A stretch of 64,000 bases of DNA from a bacterium (GCA_031441465.1 JANOEP010000011.1:64001-128000); one strand, 5' to 3'; positions 9,991-20,004 are shown, numbered from the stretch's first letter. The notes: generated by a model not told the origin, from the letters alone. Numbers and translations are program-made.

Positions 9991-11714
9991 GGCCGGTCTC
10001 CCTTGGGTTTCGATTCGAGGAACCCCTGCGTGTGGCAGGCCTCGCAGCGCTTGTCGACCGGGCGGTACCGGACCAGGAAGTCGTCGGCGTCGCCCTCGCG
10101 GAGATGGCAGGCCTGGCAGGCCACGTGCTGATGGCCGCCGGCGAGCGGGAAGGTGGTGTCGCGATCGTGGACGAAGCGCTCCGCTTTCCAGCCGGCGGCG
10201 GTGGTGTGGCAGCGGGTGCAGTCGGTGGCGGGCGGGGTCGTCGCCGCGGCGAACTGGCCGCGGTGCGGATCCTGGTGGCACGCGTCGCAGCGTTCCGGGG
10301 TGGGGCTGAAGCGCAGGCTGTCCGAGGCGGCCCGCCGATCCGGCGCGGCCTGCCGATCCAGTGTGGCCTGCCGATCCTGTGGGGCGTGGCAGGCCCGGCA
10401 GGTGGTCGTCGCGTGCTTGCCCGAGAGCGGGAAGCGCGTGCGGCCGTGGTCGTAGGCCACCTGCCGCCACGAGGCGACGTCGTGGCAGAGCCGGCAACCC
10501 GCTTCGGCCTTCTGCGCCGTGCTCGTGCCGGCGTGGGGATCCCGGTGGCAGTCCGTGCACGCCGCCGCCGGCCGCTGCAGGGGCGTCGGCGCCCCCTGGC
10601 GCGGCGGCGCGTGGCAGGCGCTGCAGGCCACGGCGAGGTGGGCGCCCTGCAGGCCGAAACCGGTGGAGTCGTGGCGCGCGACCGTGAACGACGACGGTTT
10701 GAAGCCGTTCACGGTGTGGCAGCGGCTGCAGGCGTCGTAGGTGCGTCCCTCGGCGGCCTCCGGGTGGCGGTCTTGGTGGCAGCCGTCGCAGCGCGCGTAG
10801 ACCAGGGCGCCGCGGGGCGCGTCCGCGCGGTGGCAGGCGTCGCAGCGCAGGGCCGTGTGGCGCCCCCGCAACGGGTAGCGGGTGCGATCGTGGTCGAAGT
10901 CGCCGCCGGCGACCCGCCGCCAGTCCGCGGGATCGTGGCAGCGGGCGCAATCGGCGCCGAGGGAGCCGGCGTGGGGGTCCTTGTGGCAGGCCGCGCAGCT
11001 CGCGTGCTCGACGGGGCGGTAACGGTGCCAGGTGTCGGCAACGCCTTCGACGGTCTCGGTCGTCGCCCGGTGGCAGCGGTCGCAGGCCAGGTCGCGGTGT
11101 TTCCCTGCGAGGACGAAGTCGGCCTTGGCGTGGTCGAACCCGGGAGCGGGCTTCCAGGCGTCCGGCGTGTGGCAGGTCGTGCAGGCGCCTTCGAACTGGC
11201 CACGGTGTTCGTCGCGGTGGCAGTCCAGGCAACCGGCGCCGAGGCCCAGGTAGGTGCGGCCGGGGTTCTTGCCGCGGTCGCGGACGAGGGAGACGTCCTG
11301 GAGCAGATCCGCCCGGTGGCACTTCCGGCAGTCCAGCTTCCGGTGGGCTCCCGCCAGCGGCCACCCAGCCGCAGCGTGGTCGAAGGCGGCCGGGCCGGCC
11401 GGCCAGTGGATCAGGTCGAAGTCGCGACCCTGGTGCTCGACGTGGCAGGTTGTGCAGCGTTCGTGGCCGGCGGTGGCGTGGAGTCCGCGTCCCGCGGCCA
11501 CCCGCGTGGCGATCTCCTGGTGGCAGGCCAGGCACTTCGGGCCGACTTTCTGGTCGCCCAGCTCGTGGCAGGACGTGCACGCACGGACGCCCTCCAGGTG
11601 CTCGTGAACGCGGGAGAGCTTGCCGGGCGACAGCTGCGCCGCGGCGAGGACCGGGAATCCCGCAATCAGGACAATATTGATCGCAAAATGAGACACACGT
11701 CTCAGAACACCCAT
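9987..11714 (-). CDS. Multiheme c-type cytochrome, 20 CxxCH
   Basis: Signal peptide ...PVLAAA-QLSPG; 20 CxxCH motifs in repeated FDH-x4-(F/Y)PLxGxH-x3-CxxCH three-heme modules. Start codon approximate. Confidence 0.92.
   Translation of the reverse strand: MGVLRRVSHFAINIVLIAGFPVLAAAQLSPGKLSRVHEHLEGVRACTSCHELGDQKVGPKCLACHQEIATRVAAGRGLHATAGHERCTTCHVEHQGRDFDLIHWPAGPAAFDHAAAGWPLAGAHRKLDCRKCHRADLLQDVSLVRDRGKNPGRTYLGLGAGCLDCHRDEHRGQFEGACTTCHTPDAWKPAPGFDHAKADFVLAGKHRDLACDRCHRATTETVEGVADTWHRYRPVEHASCAACHKDPHAGSLGADCARCHDPADWRRVAGGDFDHDRTRYPLRGRHTALRCDACHRADAPRGALVYARCDGCHQDRHPEAAEGRTYDACSRCHTVNGFKPSSFTVARHDSTGFGLQGAHLAVACSACHAPPRQGAPTPLQRPAAACTDCHRDPHAGTSTAQKAEAGCRLCHDVASWRQVAYDHGRTRFPLSGKHATTTCRACHAPQDRQATLDRQAAPDRRAASDSLRFSPTPERCDACHQDPHRGQFAAATTPPATDCTRCHTTAAGWKAERFVHDRDTTFPLAGGHQHVACQACHLREGDADDFLVRYRPVDKRCEACHTQGFLESKPKGDRP
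10324..10377. repeat. 18-bp tandem repeat x3 inside the 20-heme cytochrome gene
   Basis: gaggcggcccgccgatcc / ggcgcggcctgccgatcc / agtgtggcctgccgatcc, encoding DRQATL-DRQAAP-DRRAAS. Confidence 0.8.
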
Positions 11715-12535
11715 CGGTACCCCAGGGCCACGGTTACGGCCACGTGGATCACCATGATGACCAACATGAGGTAAGCAAAGGGTTTGTGGATGACGTGCCA
11801 ATAGTGGAACAACTCCCGGATGCGGTTGTGGAACAGGATTCGACGACCGAGCAAGACCCGCGCCTTGGCGGCCGCCAGGACCGTCATGGAGGCCCCGGCC
11901 GGCAACTGCTTTCGTAACCGCATGCCCAGCAACATGTTGCTCAGAGGCAGGCGCCACAGGCTGCCGCTCGCCGTGGTGGCGGTCGCCAGGGTGGACATCG
12001 TGCGCGCGTCCAGCCCGTGAGCCTCGCGCAGCAGACGGTCGGCCTCCTCGAGCTGGAGCTGGATCTGTTCGATGGTCATGGCTTCGCCCAGCACGTTGCG
12101 CGGCAGTTGCAGGTACAGATACCGTCCGAACACGCCGCTGAGCGCCACGGCCATCATGGACCAGTAGCTCACTGCGACCAGGCCCTGGACCTTGAGCGAA
12201 GTGTGCAGCGTCACCAGCAGAGGTCCCGAGATTCCCAGGAAGATGTGCCCGTCGAGCCAGCGCGCGATGTGCCCTTTGCCGGCAAGCCCGTGCCAGCGCT
12301 TGCGCAGGGAGTAGAGCAGCAGCAGCAGGATCTGCAGGCTGCCGACGATGCCCAGGCCGTGGCCCACCGTGCCGGCCGGACGCAGGCTGCGGAAATCCGG
12401 GTGGTGGGGGCGCAGGTCCAACGGCAGGCTGTAGTAGTCGATTCCGACCACGAGCAGCCAGGTGATCGCGGCGGCGAGCAGGAGATAACTGAATCGCAGC
12501 ACGATGCGGAACCCGCGGGTGCTCCCGGCGGCCAT
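11702..12535 (-). CDS. Polytopic membrane protein, putative heme b-binding (ferric reductase/cytochrome b-like)
   Basis: About 5 TM helices with His residues in or near the membrane: WLDGHIFLG, VTLHTS, FHYWHVIHKP, MVIHVAV. Confidence 0.75.
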   Translation of the reverse strand: MAAGSTRGFRIVLRFSYLLLAAAITWLLVVGIDYYSLPLDLRPHHPDFRSLRPAGTVGHGLGIVGSLQILLLLLYSLRKRWHGLAGKGHIARWLDGHIFLGISGPLLVTLHTSLKVQGLVAVSYWSMMAVALSGVFGRYLYLQLPRNVLGEAMTIEQIQLQLEEADRLLREAHGLDARTMSTLATATTASGSLWRLPLSNMLLGMRLRKQLPAGASMTVLAAAKARVLLGRRILFHNRIRELFHYWHVIHKPFAYLMLVIMVIHVAVTVALGYRWVF

Positions 12536-12572
12536 GGCGTCTCCTTGTCGGTCAACGGATTCGGGCGGCATC

Positions 12573-12627
12573 ATTCTAGGCTCTCTTGCTTCCGATACAA
12601 CCAGTATGTCGTGTCGCAAATGGTTGT
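12573..12627 (-). promoter_or_regulatory. Putative sigma70 promoter of the cytochrome operon with overlapping inverted repeat
   Basis: Minus strand TTGTAT-N16-TAGAAT (12600-12573); ACAACCA-N17-TGGTTGT (12597-12627). Confidence 0.4.
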
Positions 12628-12726
12628 CCTGGAGCGGCGGAGGTGATAGTTTTCCCCACATGCCCGGTGCCCCGGCGGAGCGATCCCGGGGCGCCCCTTT
12701 TTCCGCGTGTGATGACGGAGGTGTCC

Positions 12727-14736
12727 ATGGACGTCAGCGGCAAGGCCAAGAGCCTCCCCGAGAACGCCTACCGCAAGCTCAAGCCCGGCGAGGAATACAT
12801 CCCCGTCGTGCCTGCCGGTCGGATCGTACCCGAGCTGACACCCTACTCCCTGATCTGGGGTCTGGTGTTCGCGGTGATCTTCTCGGCGGCGGCCGCCTAC
12901 CTGGGCCTGAAGATCGGCCAGGTGTTCGAAGCGGCCATCCCCATCACGATCCTGGCGATCGGCCTGAGCGCGAAGCGCAAGGACGCCCTGCAGCAGAACG
13001 TGATGATCCAGTCCATCGGCTCCGCCTCGGGCGTGGTCGTGGCCGGCGCCATCTTCACGCTGCCCGGCATCTACATCCTGAACCTGTCGGACAAGACCAA
13101 TTTCATGCAGATGTGCCTGGCCTCCCTGCTGGGCGGCTTCCTGGGCATCCTGTTCCTGATCCCGTTCCGCCGCTTCTTCGTCAAGGAGATGCACGGCGAG
13201 TTCCCGTTCCCCGAGGCCACCGCCAGCACCGAGGTGCTGATGGCGGGCGAGGCCGGCGGCGGCCAGGCGAGCGTGCTGGTCAAGAGCGGTCTGCTGGCCG
13301 GCGGTTTCCAGCTGTTCTCGCAGACGTGCGGCCTGTGGCGCGAGACCTTCGGCACGCCCGCCTTCGCGTGGGGCGAGTCGCTTTCGAGGAAGGTGCGCCT
13401 GGAGTTCCACATGATGACCGAGGCCGCGATCATCGGCCTGGGCTACATCATCGGCCTGCGCTACGCGCTGATCATCGCCTGCGGTTCGTTCCTGTCGTGG
13501 TGGGTCATGACTCCCATGATCGGCATCCTGGGCAAGGGCGTGACGGTCGCCGGCACGCTGTACCGCCTGGAAGCCCTCGACGGTCTGGACACGCTCATGA
13601 TCTTCCGCAACTTCGTGCGGCCGGTGGGCATCGGCGCGATCGCGATGAGCGGTCTGATCGGCGTCTGGAAGAGCCGCAGCATCATCCTGGGCGCCTTCAA
13701 GCTGGCGGCCGGCGGCGCGGCGGCCAAGTCCGCGGCCGGTGGCGTCGTCGAGCGCACGCAGCGCGACCTGCCCATGAACATCGTGACCTCGGGCCTGATC
13801 ATGACCCTGTTGGCGGTGTTCTGCTTCTTCTGGTTCATGGTGCCCGGCGTGGGCATGGGCCAGGCCCTGGCCGGCCTGGCGGTCGTGGCCGGCATCTCGT
13901 TCCTGTTCACGACGGTCGCCGCGCGCGCCATCGCCATCGTGGGCACCAACCCGGTGTCCGGCATGACCCTGATGACCCTGATCATCAGCTCGGTGGTCCT
14001 GAAGGCCGTGGGCCTGCAGGGCCAGGAGGGCATCGTGGCGGCGCTGTTGATCGGCGGCGTGGTCTGCACCGCGCTCTCGATGAGCGGCGGCTTCGTCAGC
14101 GACCTGAAGATCGGCTACTGGCTGGGCACGACGCCCTCCACCCAGGAGAAATGGAAGTTCCTGGGCACGGTCGTGGCGGCCGTCTCGGTGACCGCGGTGA
14201 TCATGATCCTGAACACCAGCTACGGCTTCTCCGGGGAGGGCGCCCTGCCCGCGCCCCAGGCCAACGCGATGGTGGCCGTGATCGAGCCCCTGATGACCGG
14301 CCAGCCGGCCCCTTGGCTGCTGTACATGGCCGGCATCTTCATGGCGCTGATCCTGCAGTGGACGGGCCTGCCGGCGCTCGCCTTCGCCCTGGGCATGTAC
14401 CTGCCCCTGGAGGTCAACACGCCGGTGTTGGCCGGCGGTCTGATCGCCTACTGGGTCGGCAAGGGCGGCAGCGAAGCGGCGCAGACCGCGCGCAAGGATC
14501 GCGGCACGCTGATCGCGAGCGGCTTCGTGGCCGGCGGCGCCATCATGGGCGTCATTGCCTCGATCATCAAGTTCGCGGGGATCCAGTCGTCCGGCGACGC
14601 CAAGTGGAGCGTGGACCGTGTCCTGGGCACGGACGGGTGGCTCGAGAACCCCGCTTCGGCCGTGCTGACGCTGGTGATGTTCTGCCTCCTGGGCTACTAC
14701 CTGTACCGCAGCTCGCGGTCGGCCGCCAAGGACTGA
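12727..14736 (+). CDS. OPT family oligopeptide transporter
   Basis: YLGLKIGQVFEAAIP, PFPEATA, NPVSGMTL, DLKIGYWLG, PAPQA, LGMYLP. Confidence 0.95.
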   Translation: MDVSGKAKSLPENAYRKLKPGEEYIPVVPAGRIVPELTPYSLIWGLVFAVIFSAAAAYLGLKIGQVFEAAIPITILAIGLSAKRKDALQQNVMIQSIGSASGVVVAGAIFTLPGIYILNLSDKTNFMQMCLASLLGGFLGILFLIPFRRFFVKEMHGEFPFPEATASTEVLMAGEAGGGQASVLVKSGLLAGGFQLFSQTCGLWRETFGTPAFAWGESLSRKVRLEFHMMTEAAIIGLGYIIGLRYALIIACGSFLSWWVMTPMIGILGKGVTVAGTLYRLEALDGLDTLMIFRNFVRPVGIGAIAMSGLIGVWKSRSIILGAFKLAAGGAAAKSAAGGVVERTQRDLPMNIVTSGLIMTLLAVFCFFWFMVPGVGMGQALAGLAVVAGISFLFTTVAARAIAIVGTNPVSGMTLMTLIISSVVLKAVGLQGQEGIVAALLIGGVVCTALSMSGGFVSDLKIGYWLGTTPSTQEKWKFLGTVVAAVSVTAVIMILNTSYGFSGEGALPAPQANAMVAVIEPLMTGQPAPWLLYMAGIFMALILQWTGLPALAFALGMYLPLEVNTPVLAGGLIAYWVGKGGSEAAQTARKDRGTLIASGFVAGGAIMGVIASIIKFAGIQSSGDAKWSVDRVLGTDGWLENPASAVLTLVMFCLLGYYLYRSSRSAAKD

Positions 14737-14807
14737 CCCGGGGCCGGCTCGGGCCGAACGGCGATGGGGCGGCCGCGGGGCCGCCCCCTTCCATCCGGGA
14801 GACGACG

Positions 14808-15347
14808 ATGAACGCAACGACGATGCGACGGTCCTGCCTAGCGGCGGCCCTCCTGCTGGGAGTGTGCGCCGGCTGTGGCGGCAAGGGGCCGCAGACGTTG
14901 GCCACCCATGCCTTCGACGACGGGACGGGGTTGCTCGACCTGGGATTCGACGCGGCCCTCGAGACCGGTTCCGATGGCGGCGTGCTGCGGATCGAGGCAG
15001 CGCAGGATCGCGTGCTGGTCAACATCTGCGAATTGGCGGGACCGAAGGGCGACGTCGAGGCGATCGCCGTCGGCTGCCGCATCCGCAGCGAACTGCTCAG
15101 TCACCATGTCTTCCTGGATCTCTGGATCTTCCCGCGCGACGGCGAGCCGCGCCTGACGCGCACCGCCCTGCAGAACATCCGCCGGACCGTGCCCTGGACC
15201 GACATCGCGGTGCGGGTGCCGCTCAAGACGGGGGAGCAGCCCGAAAAGCTGCGCGTCGCCATCTATGCCGACGGCTCCGGCCGCATCTGGCTGGACGACC
15301 TCGTCGTCCGCGCCGGTCTCTCGGCGGATTTCGACGGCGGCCGGTGA
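14808..15347 (+). CDS. Hypothetical lipoprotein (galactose-binding/CBM-like fold possible)
   Basis: Lipobox-like LLLGVCAGC; C-terminal GSGRIWLDDL. Confidence 0.65.
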   Translation: MNATTMRRSCLAAALLLGVCAGCGGKGPQTLATHAFDDGTGLLDLGFDAALETGSDGGVLRIEAAQDRVLVNICELAGPKGDVEAIAVGCRIRSELLSHHVFLDLWIFPRDGEPRLTRTALQNIRRTVPWTDIAVRVPLKTGEQPEKLRVAIYADGSGRIWLDDLVVRAGLSADFDGGR

Positions 15348-15348
15348 C

Positions 15349-16431
15349 GTGAACCGCGTCTGGATTTCCCGCCGTGGCGGTCCCGAAACGCTGGTCCTGC
15401 GCGAGGAACCCGATCCCTCGCCGCGTCCCGGCGAGGTGCGCCTGCGCGTCGACGCCGCCGGCGTCAACTTCGCGGACGTGATGATCCGCATCGGTCTGTA
15501 TCCCGGCGCGCCGCGCTTGCCCATGGTCCCCGGTTACGAGGTCGCGGGCGTCGTGGACGCGCTGGGCGAGGGGGCGCCGGCGGACCTCGCCGGGCGTCGC
15601 GCGCTGGCCTTCTGCGAATTCGGCGGCTATGCCGACGTGGTCTGCGTGCCGGCCGGCGCCGTTTTTCCCCTGCCCGATTCCGTGAGCACGGTCGAAGCCG
15701 CCGCGTTGCCGGTGAACTTCCTGACCGCCTGGCAGATGCTCGAGGTCATGGCTCCGGCCGGACCCGGCGACACGGTGCTGATCCACGGCGCCGCCGGCGG
15801 GGTGGGCACGGCGGCGACGCAGCTGGCGCGCCGCCGCGGCGCCCGCGTGCTGGGCAGCGCCTCGCCGTCGAAGCACGCCTGGCTGCGGGAGCGGGGCGTG
15901 GAGCTGTGCCTGGACTCGCGCCGGCGCAGTTTCGCCGCGGAGGTGCGGGAAGCGACGGGCGGGCGCGGCGCGGACGTGGTGCTCGAGCCGCGCCACGGAC
16001 GCTGGATCCGCGAGAGCTACGAGAGCCTCGCGCCCACGGGCCGACTGGTGCTGTTCGGCTTCGCCGACGCGGCGACGCTCAACGGCTCGCGCCTGGCGCC
16101 GTTGCGGACGCTGATCGGCGTGCCGTGGCTGCTGATGAATCCGCTCCGGCTGGTGAACGACAACCGGGGCGTCCTGGGCGTGAACCTGGGTCGCCTGTGG
16201 GACGACCACGCCCGTGTCGCCGGCTGGATGCGGCGCATCCTCGCGCTGGCGGCGGCGGGCGAGGTGCGTCCGGTGATCGACCGCGCGTACCGTTTTCGCG
16301 ACGCCGACCGCGCCCACCTCGCATTGCAGCTGCGGCACAACCGCGGCAAGATCCTGCTGGTCAGCGACGACGCCGCCGCGCGCGGCGATCTCGGCTGCCC
16401 GGTGGGCGACCAGGAGGAATCCCGATCATGA
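15349..16431 (+). CDS. MDR quinone oxidoreductase (VAT-1-like)
   Basis: GVNFAD, PGYEVAG, LIHGAAGGVG, NRGKILL. Confidence 0.9.
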   Translation: MNRVWISRRGGPETLVLREEPDPSPRPGEVRLRVDAAGVNFADVMIRIGLYPGAPRLPMVPGYEVAGVVDALGEGAPADLAGRRALAFCEFGGYADVVCVPAGAVFPLPDSVSTVEAAALPVNFLTAWQMLEVMAPAGPGDTVLIHGAAGGVGTAATQLARRRGARVLGSASPSKHAWLRERGVELCLDSRRRSFAAEVREATGGRGADVVLEPRHGRWIRESYESLAPTGRLVLFGFADAATLNGSRLAPLRTLIGVPWLLMNPLRLVNDNRGVLGVNLGRLWDDHARVAGWMRRILALAAAGEVRPVIDRAYRFRDADRAHLALQLRHNRGKILLVSDDAAARGDLGCPVGDQEESRS

Positions 16432-17549
16432 GACATTTGCTCCAGCCGCGCCTGCGCGCCGTCGCCCTCACCACCCTCATCTTGGCCACCCTCGTCCTGG
16501 CCGCCCTCGCGGTCGACGCCGGGGCCGCGACACCGGCGCAGCGGGTCGCCGCCGTCGCGGCGACGCTCGCCCAGGCCAGGGAACTCGGCGCCGACAAGCG
16601 CTGCCCCGACGACTACCGCACGGCCGAAGCCGCGAACGACGTGGCGGTCGGCTGCGTGAACGGGGGCGGCGATTGCAACAGCACCCTGACCGCCGCCGAA
16701 CTGGCGGCCGCGCGCGCGCTCAGCCGCATCCGCTTCATCGAGGACCTGCGGTCGGCGCGCCACGACTGGCAGGAGGCGGCCGAGCGCTACGACCGCCTCG
16801 TCGAGCGCGTCGCCACCGTCGCGGGCCTGGTGGTCGACCCGGCGCTCTCGGGCGAAGCGGCCGGCCGGCGCGTGCTCGCGGACCTCGACCGGATGATGAC
16901 CGCGCTGCGCGTCCGGGCGGATTCGCTCGAGGCGGTCAACCGCGGCTTCGGGGCCTGGGTCGAGGGCGGTCGCGCCGTCCAGGACTCGACCATCGCCGAA
17001 TTGAGGCGCGAGCTGACCACGTCGCGGCACGCGCTCTGGGAGATGCAACTGCGGGCGGGCGTGGCCGAGGCCGACCTCTCCGCCGTCGAATCGAGGGAGA
17101 CCCGCGTGCAGGACCGCGAAACGGAGGTGCGCAGCCTCGGGCAGCTCTTCACCCCGGAAGAGGGGCAGGTCTGGCTGACCCCTGAGGGTGACGTGCGGGT
17201 GCGGCTGACGGGTTTGAAGTTCGCTTCGGGCAACGCCTGGCTGAACCCGAAGTACGACGCGCTGCTGGACAAGGCCGCCGAGGCGGTTCGCCGCTTCCCC
17301 GACCTGGTCCCTGGTGTGGAAGGCCACACCGACGACACCGGCCCCCGCGCCGCCAACCAGAAGCTGTCGCTGGCCCGCGCGCAGGCCGTGGCGGCGGCGC
17401 TGGCCAAGCGGCTGGACGCGACGACGGCGTCCCTGGCGGCGGTGGGCATGGGGCCGGACCAGCCGGTCGCCCCGAACAAGACCGACGAGGGCAAGGCCCG
17501 CAACCGGCGTATCGAGCTGGTGCTGAAGGCGGCGCGCGACGGGAATTGA
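16428..17549 (+). CDS. OmpA/MotB-domain protein with coiled coil
   Basis: Signal peptide; EGHTDDTG, NQKLSLARAQAV, GKARNRRIE. Confidence 0.88.
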   Translation: MRHLLQPRLRAVALTTLILATLVLAALAVDAGAATPAQRVAAVAATLAQARELGADKRCPDDYRTAEAANDVAVGCVNGGGDCNSTLTAAELAAARALSRIRFIEDLRSARHDWQEAAERYDRLVERVATVAGLVVDPALSGEAAGRRVLADLDRMMTALRVRADSLEAVNRGFGAWVEGGRAVQDSTIAELRRELTTSRHALWEMQLRAGVAEADLSAVESRETRVQDRETEVRSLGQLFTPEEGQVWLTPEGDVRVRLTGLKFASGNAWLNPKYDALLDKAAEAVRRFPDLVPGVEGHTDDTGPRAANQKLSLARAQAVAAALAKRLDATTASLAAVGMGPDQPVAPNKTDEGKARNRRIELVLKAARDGN

Positions 17550-17555
17550 GCGGAC

Positions 17556-18170
17556 TCAGCGCCGGTTCGCCTCCTGGGGCGCGGCGGTCGCCGGTGCGCC
17601 CGGCAGGGGATTCTCCTTGAGGATGGCGGACACGGCCTGGAAATCCTCGGTCCGCGCCACCTTGAGGATCTCGAACATCACCATCTCGGCGGTCATCACC
17701 TGGGCGCCGATGTCGCGCAGGTAGGCCAGGCCGAGGTTGCGGTTGCTGACCTGCCGCGACGAGACGGCGTCGGCCGCCACCGCCACCTGATATCCCGCCT
17801 CGAGCAGGTCGCGCGCCGTCTGGTAGACGCACACGTGCGCCTCGATCCCGCACAGCACGATCTGGTCGCGGTTCAGGCTCTTGAGCCGGCGGTTGAAGTT
17901 GTGGTCCGCGGCGCAGGAGAAGCTGATCTTCTCGATGGGCTCGTAGCGCCGCGGCAACGCGGCGAGTTCCTCGACGGTGCCGCCCAGACCGCGCGGGTAG
18001 TGCTCGGTGACCAGGACCGGGACGTCCAGCCGGTCGCAGAAGCGGATCAGGCGCGAGCAATTGGCCAGCACCAGGCCCATCTCGTGGATCAGCGGCCGGA
18101 ACTGTTCCTGGACGTCGATGACGACCAGGGCGGTGCGGTTCTTTTCCAGGCGCGGCGGCGGCTTGGGCAT
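17556..18170 (-). CDS. Isochorismatase family hydrolase
   Basis: VVIDVQE, TEHYPRGLG, GIEAHVCVYQT. Confidence 0.92.
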   Translation of the reverse strand: MPKPPPRLEKNRTALVVIDVQEQFRPLIHEMGLVLANCSRLIRFCDRLDVPVLVTEHYPRGLGGTVEELAALPRRYEPIEKISFSCAADHNFNRRLKSLNRDQIVLCGIEAHVCVYQTARDLLEAGYQVAVAADAVSSRQVSNRNLGLAYLRDIGAQVMTAEMVMFEILKVARTEDFQAVSAILKENPLPGAPATAAPQEANRR

Positions 18171-18203
18171 CGGCGGTCCTTTCGTGGCGCGACGGCGCCG
18201 CGT

Positions 18204-19418
18204 TCATTCGCCGCGCGGCGGCGGCGCGTAGTCGGCGCAGGGATCCACGACTTCGGCGTAAGGGCTGTTCCAGCTCGTGTCGAACCAGCGCGCCAGGTCC
18301 CCGGCGACCGGCCCGCCGGCGATGAAGAAGCTCAAGTTGCGGGACTCGTGGAAGTAGTCACGTCCCCAGTTGGCGGTGCCCAGCCAGGCTTCGTCCCCGT
18401 CCTTGACCAGGTACTTCGGGTGCTCCACGCGCGCGAACGGGATGTAGCCGCCGGACCATTCCGGGATGTTCGTGAAGCGGACCTCGACGTTGTCGAGCAC
18501 GGCGAGGCTCTTGATGTGCGGCAGCGCGGCGGCGCGTTTGGCCCAGTTCGACAGGATGACCTTCACCTGCACGCCGCGCGCCGCGGCGCGGCGCAGGGCG
18601 GCGTCCAGGGTCGCGTAGTAGGTCCCGTCGCGTTCGGTGACGCCGTAGCTCAGCAGGTGCAGGCGCACCTCATGCGCGGCGCGGTCGATCAGGTCGACCA
18701 GCAGCGGCTCGTCGTGCGGCACGCCGGGCGGCAGCGCCGGCGGCGGGCTGGCCGCGAAGCGGACCGTCGCCGGCGCGTCGCCGCCCGCTTCCAGGATCCA
18801 GGGGCCGGAGTCGGTGGCGACCGCCGGCGGCGGCTCGCCGCCGGCCAGGGCCCAATCGTGCGCGAAGACGGCACCGACGGCCGTCGCGACCGCGACCGAT
18901 TCGAACCGCGCACCTAGTTCGTGGATGTGCTCGAGGGCCCGGTAATCCCAGTTCTGGCTGCCGACGAAGCAGGCGCGGTCGTCCACAACGAAGAACTTGG
19001 CGTGCTGCACGCCGCCCCACAGGCGGCGCGCGTCGAGCAAGCGCGCCTCGGCCCCGGGCAGCGCCCCGACGGCGTCGACCCATTCGGGGTAGGTCTTGTG
19101 GAAGCCCAGGTCGGCGAGCAACCGGACGCGCACGCCGCGGGCGGCCGCCGCGGACACCGCCGCCAGCACGACGTCCAAGGCGTCGTCCCGCGCGGGATCG
19201 GCGCTGATGTAGAAGACCTCGATGTCCAGGGAGCGGCGCGCCGACGCGATCATCGCAGGCCAGACGTCGCGGGCCTCGGGCAGGACGGGCTGATCCAGAA
19301 CGGTCTCGGCGGGCACGCTTTCGACCAGCTGCATGGTGCCCTGCCGCACGGCCGCCGTCGCGACGGTGAACTGCAGGAGCGCGGCGAGCGCCAGCGTTGC
19401 GAAAAGGGGCGTCTTCAT
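18204..19418 (-). CDS. Secreted phospholipase D superfamily protein
   Basis: Two HxK(x4)D motifs (HAKFFVVD..GSQN; HPKYLVKD..GTAN); signal peptide. Confidence 0.9.
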   Translation of the reverse strand: MKTPLFATLALAALLQFTVATAAVRQGTMQLVESVPAETVLDQPVLPEARDVWPAMIASARRSLDIEVFYISADPARDDALDVVLAAVSAAAARGVRVRLLADLGFHKTYPEWVDAVGALPGAEARLLDARRLWGGVQHAKFFVVDDRACFVGSQNWDYRALEHIHELGARFESVAVATAVGAVFAHDWALAGGEPPPAVATDSGPWILEAGGDAPATVRFAASPPPALPPGVPHDEPLLVDLIDRAAHEVRLHLLSYGVTERDGTYYATLDAALRRAAARGVQVKVILSNWAKRAAALPHIKSLAVLDNVEVRFTNIPEWSGGYIPFARVEHPKYLVKDGDEAWLGTANWGRDYFHESRNLSFFIAGGPVAGDLARWFDTSWNSPYAEVVDPCADYAPPPRGE

Positions 19419-19663
19419 GGTCGGCTCCATCCGGCTGGGATCGCCCCAAACTAGCACGATCCGCCGTGACCCGCGAGGGGGGATCGCCCCGCGGGGTTCG
19501 ACGATCCTGGCGTCGACGCTAGCAAGAACCGCACCCGTGCGCGCCGGGTTCGCCGCCCGCCGCCGGCCTTCACGGATTTCACATTTGACGCGGGGGGGAA
19601 GTTGGTATATCCATGCGGCGTCGCACCGCCGACGGCGCGACGGCTCTGCACAAGGAGGGAAAC

Positions 19664-19972
19664 ATGAGCCTCGAAATCCGTTACCTGAAGTCCCGTCCGA
19701 TCTGCAAGGTGACGTTCCGTCTGCCCGCCGAGGCCGCGCCCGATGCCGAGTCCGTGCACCTGGTCGGCGAGTTCAACGACTGGAACACCACGAACTGCCC
19801 CATGACGCGCCTCAAGGACGGCGCTTTCAAGGTCGCCCTGGATCTGGAGACCGGCCGCTCGTACGGCTTCCGTTACCTCATCGACGGCAAGATCTGGGAA
19901 AACGACTGGGAAGCCCATCGCTACGAGCCGGCGCTGTCCGGCGGCGTCGAGAACTCGATCGTCGAGGTCTGA
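19664..19972 (+). CDS. Isoamylase early-set / CBM48-like glycogen-binding protein
   Basis: KVTFRLP, VHLVGEFNDW, FRYLIDGKIWENDW; AAGGAGG RBS. Confidence 0.88.
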   Translation: MSLEIRYLKSRPICKVTFRLPAEAAPDAESVHLVGEFNDWNTTNCPMTRLKDGAFKVALDLETGRSYGFRYLIDGKIWENDWEAHRYEPALSGGVENSIVEV

Positions 19973-20004
19973 TCGCGCCCGCACCCGAGGGTGCCCGACG
20001 GCAG

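Noticed and set aside
6000..11580. ORF-track 1030-aa (6000-9092) and 871-aa (8965-11580) proteins as giant fusions
   Set aside because: Only the C-terminal parts are coding. The real starts are at 7325 and 9990; the upstream portions are off-frame reads of neighbouring genes.
8965..11714. Recurring gtggcag-type repeats resembling an array
   Set aside because: They are codons for CxxCH heme motifs within coding sequence, not CRISPR. No cas genes or constant repeat-spacer units were seen in the window.
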